A stretch of DNA of 64,000 nt from a virus (taxonomy: Duplodnaviria; Caudoviricetes): IMG/VR virus record IMGVR_UViG_3300030330_006619, positions 96,001 to 160,000 of that record. One strand, given 5' to 3'. How positions within the stretch are numbered: the first letter of the stretch is position 1; each line of letters begins with the position of its first letter. Shown one piece after another: positions 59,347-64,000 of the stretch. Below the pieces are notes generated by a model. It was not told the origin of the DNA and made no database searches. It was given only the letters and a program-made list of their open reading frames with translations. Position numbers and translations under genes: made by a program.

Positions 59347-60060
59347 ATGAATTTTGATATCTTTGAAGACGGTAAAGGAAAAGTAGAATATATTTCACAC
59401 ATGGGGTCAGACCTCAGTGTAGTAAACGCAGCCAGAGTTAGTTTTGGTGTTGAAAAGGAAGAATTAAATGATAAAGACATTAAGCTTATTAAGTATCTTA
59501 TGCGCCATGGCCACACTAGTCCCTTTGAGCATTGTGTACTTACAATGCGTTTTAGTGTTCCTCTCTTTGTGAGGTCTCAGCACCATAGACATAGAACGTG
59601 GTCGTATAACGAAATCAGTAGAAGATATACTAGTGTTGATATGAAATTTTATGAACCACAAAATTTCAGAACACAACATAAATCAAATAGACAAGCAAGT
59701 ACATCAGCGCTGATTAATCCAGACCTAAACAATTCAGTACCTAGAACAATCCCCACACCAGCTTGGAGGGCGTCGGATGCAGTAAATCAGCATAACACTA
59801 GAAGTATGGAACTATATAATACATTGATTGAACGTGGTGTTTGCCGAGAGCAGGCAAGAGGCGTCCTGCCGCAAAATTTATATACTGAATACTATGGAAC
59901 AGTAAATCTACATAATTTATTGAAGTTTATATCCCTTAGATCTCATGAGGGAGCCCAGTGGGAAATTCAAAAAGTAGCACAGGCCTGCCTCGATATTTGC
60001 CAGAAACTTTACCCGGTTTCAACTAAGGCATACCAGGAGATGAAAGAAGGTACACTGTAA
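59347..60060 (+). CDS. thyX: Flavin-dependent thymidylate synthase
   Basis: NAARVS, HTSPFEH, RHR..SYNEISRRY, EQARGVLP and AQWEI motifs. Confidence 0.95.
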   Translation: MNFDIFEDGKGKVEYISHMGSDLSVVNAARVSFGVEKEELNDKDIKLIKYLMRHGHTSPFEHCVLTMRFSVPLFVRSQHHRHRTWSYNEISRRYTSVDMKFYEPQNFRTQHKSNRQASTSALINPDLNNSVPRTIPTPAWRASDAVNQHNTRSMELYNTLIERGVCREQARGVLPQNLYTEYYGTVNLHNLLKFISLRSHEGAQWEIQKVAQACLDICQKLYPVSTKAYQEMKEGTL

Positions 60061-60061
60061 A

Positions 60062-62293
60062 ATGAGAGTTACATGGGCAATATTTATTTTGCTAGCAGTT
60101 TTTGGTTGTTCTGACAAAGATATTAACCAAGATGTTGAAAACCCACCTAGACTACTGATTGATGACGCTGCACCCGCCCCGGATGCCTATCTTATAGACT
60201 GGCAAGCACCTACTCCCCCGGATCAGGGTTTAACTCCGGAGCAAATTTGTCAACAGACAGATTTTAGCCAAGTGGAAGAATATTGCCGATGTTACCCACA
60301 GTGTTGTGATACACAAAGGTGGTACTGTCCACCAAACCCTGCCCAAACAATTGATGTCATGCAAGTCGTAGTTGAGATATGTGACGAAAACAAAACACCT
60401 TGTACATATGGTCTCGATCCTGAATGTCCACCACCGCAAATTCTACAGAGAAGTGATTGCTTCACTCAGTGGGAGTGTCCACCCGGCACCAGTGGCGAAT
60501 TTATTGAGTGGTTTGAATGCCAGTTGGAAGACGGCACTTTCGGTCGCCAACAGGTCCTTTGTAATAAAGGGAATTTGCTTCATTTGCCGTGCCGCCCCTG
60601 TGGAGACGAGATATGCAATGGGGAAGATGATGACTGTGACGGCGGTGTTGACGAGGGCCGGTTTGCCTGTCAGACTGAATGTGGCGCCGGCTGGGGGTTT
60701 TGTGTCGATCAACAAGTAGTTGATTGCAATGCTGCCCGCCCCTCTGAAGAGAGGTGCAATTTTCTGGATGATGACTGCGATGGAGATGTGGATGAGGGTC
60801 AAAGAAACCAGTGCGATTCTTGCGGCCCGATACCCTTAGATATATGTGATGGGGTTGATAACGATTGCGACAATTCGACTGATGAAGATCTCATAAGAGA
60901 GTGTGAAACTGCTTGTGGCCGCGGCACAGAAATTTGTGATGGCGGAAACTGGATTTCATGTACTGCCACACAGCCCGCAGACGAAGAGTGTGACGGCGAG
61001 GACAATGATTGTGACGGCCAAATAGATGAACAGCTTCAGTGTCTGTGCACTATTGATGATGTGGGCAATTTACAACCATGCTCTGAACCACCTCTGCTTT
61101 GCGGCCAAGGTTTTAAGACATGCGAATGTGTTGATCCTAACTGTACGGAGATGCGAATGACTGACTGTGCAGCACTGTGTCAGTATGTTCCACTTCCAGA
61201 GCCTCCTGTTTGTGATCCTAGAATTGGCATAGCATTACAACAAGAGGAATGTAACAACTTTGATGAAGATTGTGATGATTCTATAGATGAAAATTTAACT
61301 CAAGCGTGCTATACCGGTGACCCTGAAACCTTATTGGTTGGTGTTTGTGCCCCCGGAGAGGTCTATTGCAATAGAGGCACTTGGGGCAATGATCGCAACA
61401 ATCAGTTCGAACCTGCTTTTTGTCTGGGGGAAATCACACCTCAAGAAGAAATCTGTGATGGCGCCGACAACGATTGTGATGGGGTAGTTGATTACGGCGA
61501 AGAAATAAGAGAAACAGACATCTTGTTTGTGGTTGATTGGTCGGGATCCATGGACGATGAAATCGCCGCAGTGAGAATAGCCCTTAACCGTTTTGCAACA
61601 CATTTCGCTGCAGAAGATCCACTGCAATGGGGTTTGATAATCGGCCCAAAAGAATTTGCAGAAGATGGGACGGAATATCTGGTAAAAGTTTCGGAGATCT
61701 CACCATTTGATCAGTTTTTGGCTGCCTTTGCAGCACTTGGTAACGATGGAATGGACACTGGAAATGAAATGTTGCTCGACGCAGTGTACTTAGCAGTGCG
61801 AAATATCTCTGCCAATGCGAATGTTGATATTCCATCAACAGAGTGGTTTGCTGATACAGGCTCACGCCCAGTCAAGGAAAATTTTGATATAAACTGGAGA
61901 GCAAATTCTGATAGAATTGTGATAATCTTTAGCGATGAAGTGGAGCAGTCTTTCCTAAAACACAGCGATGAATCTATTTTGGGACTTCCAATTACAAAAG
62001 CTGTGGTCGCAGATGCAGTAAGAGCAGGGATTAGGTTGAAAGTTTATGCATTCTCTATGGGGGGTTTTGGAAACCGTCCTGACTTTTGGACAGACATCAC
62101 TCTTGCTGGCAATGGCGCAAACTTCGAATTAACCTCAGATGCTCTGAGTATGTATAATGATTTGATGTCAATTATAGATGAGGCTTGCCTTCCCAGAGAA
62201 GAACAACAGGCATCACTCTTTTCTGCTCCATATGGCTATGAGCTTACTTCATTATATAGTCGATATGATTACGACAATAAAATATGTTTGTAA
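60062..62293 (+). CDS. Cys-rich lipoprotein with six metal-binding-motif repeats and a vWA domain
   Basis: Lipobox LAVFGC; six C..xD[DNE]DCD...D repeats; vWA DILFVVDWSGSM (MIDAS), TGNE and IIFSDE. Confidence 0.8.
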   Translation: MRVTWAIFILLAVFGCSDKDINQDVENPPRLLIDDAAPAPDAYLIDWQAPTPPDQGLTPEQICQQTDFSQVEEYCRCYPQCCDTQRWYCPPNPAQTIDVMQVVVEICDENKTPCTYGLDPECPPPQILQRSDCFTQWECPPGTSGEFIEWFECQLEDGTFGRQQVLCNKGNLLHLPCRPCGDEICNGEDDDCDGGVDEGRFACQTECGAGWGFCVDQQVVDCNAARPSEERCNFLDDDCDGDVDEGQRNQCDSCGPIPLDICDGVDNDCDNSTDEDLIRECETACGRGTEICDGGNWISCTATQPADEECDGEDNDCDGQIDEQLQCLCTIDDVGNLQPCSEPPLLCGQGFKTCECVDPNCTEMRMTDCAALCQYVPLPEPPVCDPRIGIALQQEECNNFDEDCDDSIDENLTQACYTGDPETLLVGVCAPGEVYCNRGTWGNDRNNQFEPAFCLGEITPQEEICDGADNDCDGVVDYGEEIRETDILFVVDWSGSMDDEIAAVRIALNRFATHFAAEDPLQWGLIIGPKEFAEDGTEYLVKVSEISPFDQFLAAFAALGNDGMDTGNEMLLDAVYLAVRNISANANVDIPSTEWFADTGSRPVKENFDINWRANSDRIVIIFSDEVEQSFLKHSDESILGLPITKAVVADAVRAGIRLKVYAFSMGGFGNRPDFWTDITLAGNGANFELTSDALSMYNDLMSIIDEACLPREEQQASLFSAPYGYELTSLYSRYDYDNKICL

Positions 62294-63060
62294 AAGATAT
62301 TGTTGTCGGTAGTTCTGTAGAATCGGCTCTTTATGCTCTGTTAACAGAATCACTATTTATTAACACGAGATTAGACCCGCCGATGTTCTATCGACACATG
62401 GAATTTCCAATATTGGGCACCTCTACTGAGCCAGAAGCATGGTCCAAGTTATGCCTAATGTTATCATTCTTAGGAAAAAAGATAGATGCTCACGACCGTA
62501 AGGTTTCCATACAAGAAAATAACATAAAGATCCGTGCCGGGCTTTTATTGGAAAACATTAGTTTTGATAGTTGTTTCGTTTTTGATACTACATTTTTGGA
62601 TTTAGAAAACGAGATACACACAGCAAGGGCAAGCCAGTTTTTAGTCCTTGATGACTTTGAACTCAGCTATTTAGGTGGCCCCGAACATATTGAAAACATC
62701 GTAAATCTACATGACAATTTTATTAGAAAGCTTTTTTTCTATTCTTCGGACAGGATATCTGGATTTCATGGTATCAGCGACTGTGTAGCAGAATCTTTAC
62801 TCAGCAGCGAACAACTCCATAGTTTTGACTTCTCTGACACCACTGCACGCTTTGCAGTTGAAAGATACCTTAAGCTAGCCGGAGTTAAAGGCAAGTTTAT
62901 GAATTTATATAAAAATGGATCTAGCAAGTACAGAAGGCCAAAAGTCAAGCATGTAAATAGACTTGTGTTTGAAAGAGACAAAAATATATACAGAGACAGC
63001 AAAAATGTCAAGTTTTTATCTTTGAAGTTGGGAGAAATCATAAATGAACTCAGCTCCTAA
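62284..63060 (+). CDS. Hypothetical protein with a degenerate Rossmann-like start
   Basis: DIVVGSSVESALYA resembles a dinucleotide-binding motif that has lost its glycines. Confidence 0.4.
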   Translation: MFVKDIVVGSSVESALYALLTESLFINTRLDPPMFYRHMEFPILGTSTEPEAWSKLCLMLSFLGKKIDAHDRKVSIQENNIKIRAGLLLENISFDSCFVFDTTFLDLENEIHTARASQFLVLDDFELSYLGGPEHIENIVNLHDNFIRKLFFYSSDRISGFHGISDCVAESLLSSEQLHSFDFSDTTARFAVERYLKLAGVKGKFMNLYKNGSSKYRRPKVKHVNRLVFERDKNIYRDSKNVKFLSLKLGEIINELSS

Positions 63061-63895
63061 GGGCAAAAATGTTGTAGGAATTATACCTCTGTCTGGCAGA
63101 AAAGACGCCTTTGGTTTCCCTTGGCCGGATTATCTGCAGCCGCTGCGAGAGGGTATGCTGGCAGTTGAGAGATCAGTTTACGAATGTGCACACGCTGGCT
63201 GTGACAGCATCTGGATTGTTGTAAACGATGATACGGCTCCATTAGTCAAAAAAAGAATCGGTGACTATGTTATGGATCCAGTTTATTTTAAGGAGAAGGA
63301 TTTTGTAAAGAAAAAGCACTTGCACGAAAAATGGATACCAGTATATTACACCCCAATTTTACCTAAAGACAGAGATAGGAGAGATAGTTTGGGTTGGTCC
63401 GTACTGCATGGCGCTTTGACGTCTTTTATTGTAGCATCCAAGATAAGCAGATGGGTACGTCCGACAAAGTATTTTGTATCTTTTCCTTTTGGGCTATATG
63501 ATGCAGGTTTCATCGCGAGCCACCGCCAAAGCATTCGAAGTAAACAATCTTTTTTTGTGAGTCATGAAGGAAAAACAGTCAGAGACGGAAAATATTTGAG
63601 TTTCACATTTTCACCAGAAGATTGGCTGAAGTATAAGAGAAATATCAAGAATCAATGCACAGGGGGAGACAAAAATTTGCCAATTTCAGAAAGATGGTCA
63701 AGTAGGTTTTTTAGTCTTGACAAAATCTTTAATTGTGATAATATAGTGGTAGATAAAAAAGTCGAAATAGAGGATTACTATCACTTGGATGATTGGGAAA
63801 GTTTAAGGAAGTTTTATGCTTCCAAGGTGATAATCAATCGCCCTTCAAGATTATTTATGAAACCTTATTTTATCAACAAGCCAGAAAACAAATAA
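63044..63895 (+). CDS. Nucleotidyltransferase (NTP_transferase)-fold protein, degenerate
   Basis: VGIIPLSG.....P..LQP....AVE......AGCDSIWIV and C-terminal YYHLDDWESL. Confidence 0.6.
   Translation: MNSAPKGKNVVGIIPLSGRKDAFGFPWPDYLQPLREGMLAVERSVYECAHAGCDSIWIVVNDDTAPLVKKRIGDYVMDPVYFKEKDFVKKKHLHEKWIPVYYTPILPKDRDRRDSLGWSVLHGALTSFIVASKISRWVRPTKYFVSFPFGLYDAGFIASHRQSIRSKQSFFVSHEGKTVRDGKYLSFTFSPEDWLKYKRNIKNQCTGGDKNLPISERWSSRFFSLDKIFNCDNIVVDKKVEIEDYYHLDDWESLRKFYASKVIINRPSRLFMKPYFINKPENK
63717..63744 (+). promoter_or_regulatory. sigma70-type promoter embedded upstream of dnaE
   Basis: TTGACA-N16-TAATAT with a preceding TG. Confidence 0.45.
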
Positions 63896-63908
63896 AGAAA
63901 GAGAGATA

Positions 63909-64000
63909 ATGAAAGAAGATATTAAATTCGTGGGTCTTCACGCTCACTCGGTTGCAGGATCCCCGTTTGATGCACTGGGGTACCCCCAAGAACACATGGA
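63909..64000 (+). CDS. dnaE: DNA polymerase III alpha (PHP domain N-terminus), truncated by the window end
   Basis: Manual translation MKEDIKFVGLHAHSVAGSPFDALGYPQEHM matches the FxxLHxHS..S..D start of DnaE/PHP proteins; only 30 codons are visible. Confidence 0.6.
   Translation, partial: MKEDIKFVGLHAHSVAGSPFDALGYPQEHM

Noticed and set aside
9952-60719. Short alternative-frame + strand ORFs nested in known genes (e.g. 9952, 19692, 27183, 27957, 52562, 60372)
   Set aside because: They have no evident RBS or recognisable protein features. Only the 43774 frame was kept, because of its slippery site and locus.
1741-63534. All minus-strand ORFs in the track (e.g. 36821..37630, 45414..45929, 12859..13356)
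   Set aside because: They lie antisense to well-supported + strand genes, show no recognisable protein motifs, and read as codon-bias shadows.
1-64000. Genome-wide stop-codon reassignment, as in some large phages
   Set aside because: Core genes are full length in the standard code, and TAG, TGA and TAA all end genes at sensible positions.
1-64000. tRNA genes, introns, inteins, integrase or IS elements
   Set aside because: No cloverleaf-like intergenic sequence was seen, and the usual intein hosts (terminase, helicase, RNR, RecA) are uninterrupted. A tRNAscan/Infernal run would be needed to exclude small RNAs formally.

Overview
This window is a gene-dense, AT-rich 64 kb segment of a large T4-like myophage genome, probably aquatic. 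Every credible gene is on the + strand and reads in the standard code. Left to right it carries: virion/baseplate genes; a J-domain protein; a RuvC-like resolvase; primase; a fused Mre11-Rad50 (SbcD-SbcC); a holin/spanin-like cassette; and the head module (terminase, portal, prohead protease, ribosomal protein bS21, decoration-like paralogues, scaffold, major capsid). Next come neck genes, a 1597-aa repetitive fibre, sheath, tube, chaperone, tape measure and hub. The replication/metabolism block follows: mini PolA, tubulin/FtsZ-like protein, gp32-like SSB, RecA, 5'-3' exonuclease, helicase, class II RNR, DsbA/GapR-like protein, GroES-like protein, ThyX, a myxobacterial-type Cys-rich vWA lipoprotein and the start of a DnaE. 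Signals the ORF track misses: (1) two promoter classes, sigma70 TTGACA/TAnnnT before replication genes and a repeated ACTAnTTA motif before structural genes; (2) a likely +1 frameshift at TTT-TTT-CGC in the tail chaperone gene; (3) a 21-aa Cys-Cys microprotein in frame with the prohead protease; (4) a nested start beside a ZU5-like junction in the giant fibre; (5) a shared K-x-x-[LV]-K-x-I-I-x-E leader on small proteins; (6) a structured SSB leader; (7) apparent enrichment of GC-only palindromes. All calls come from motif recognition by eye; no searches were run.
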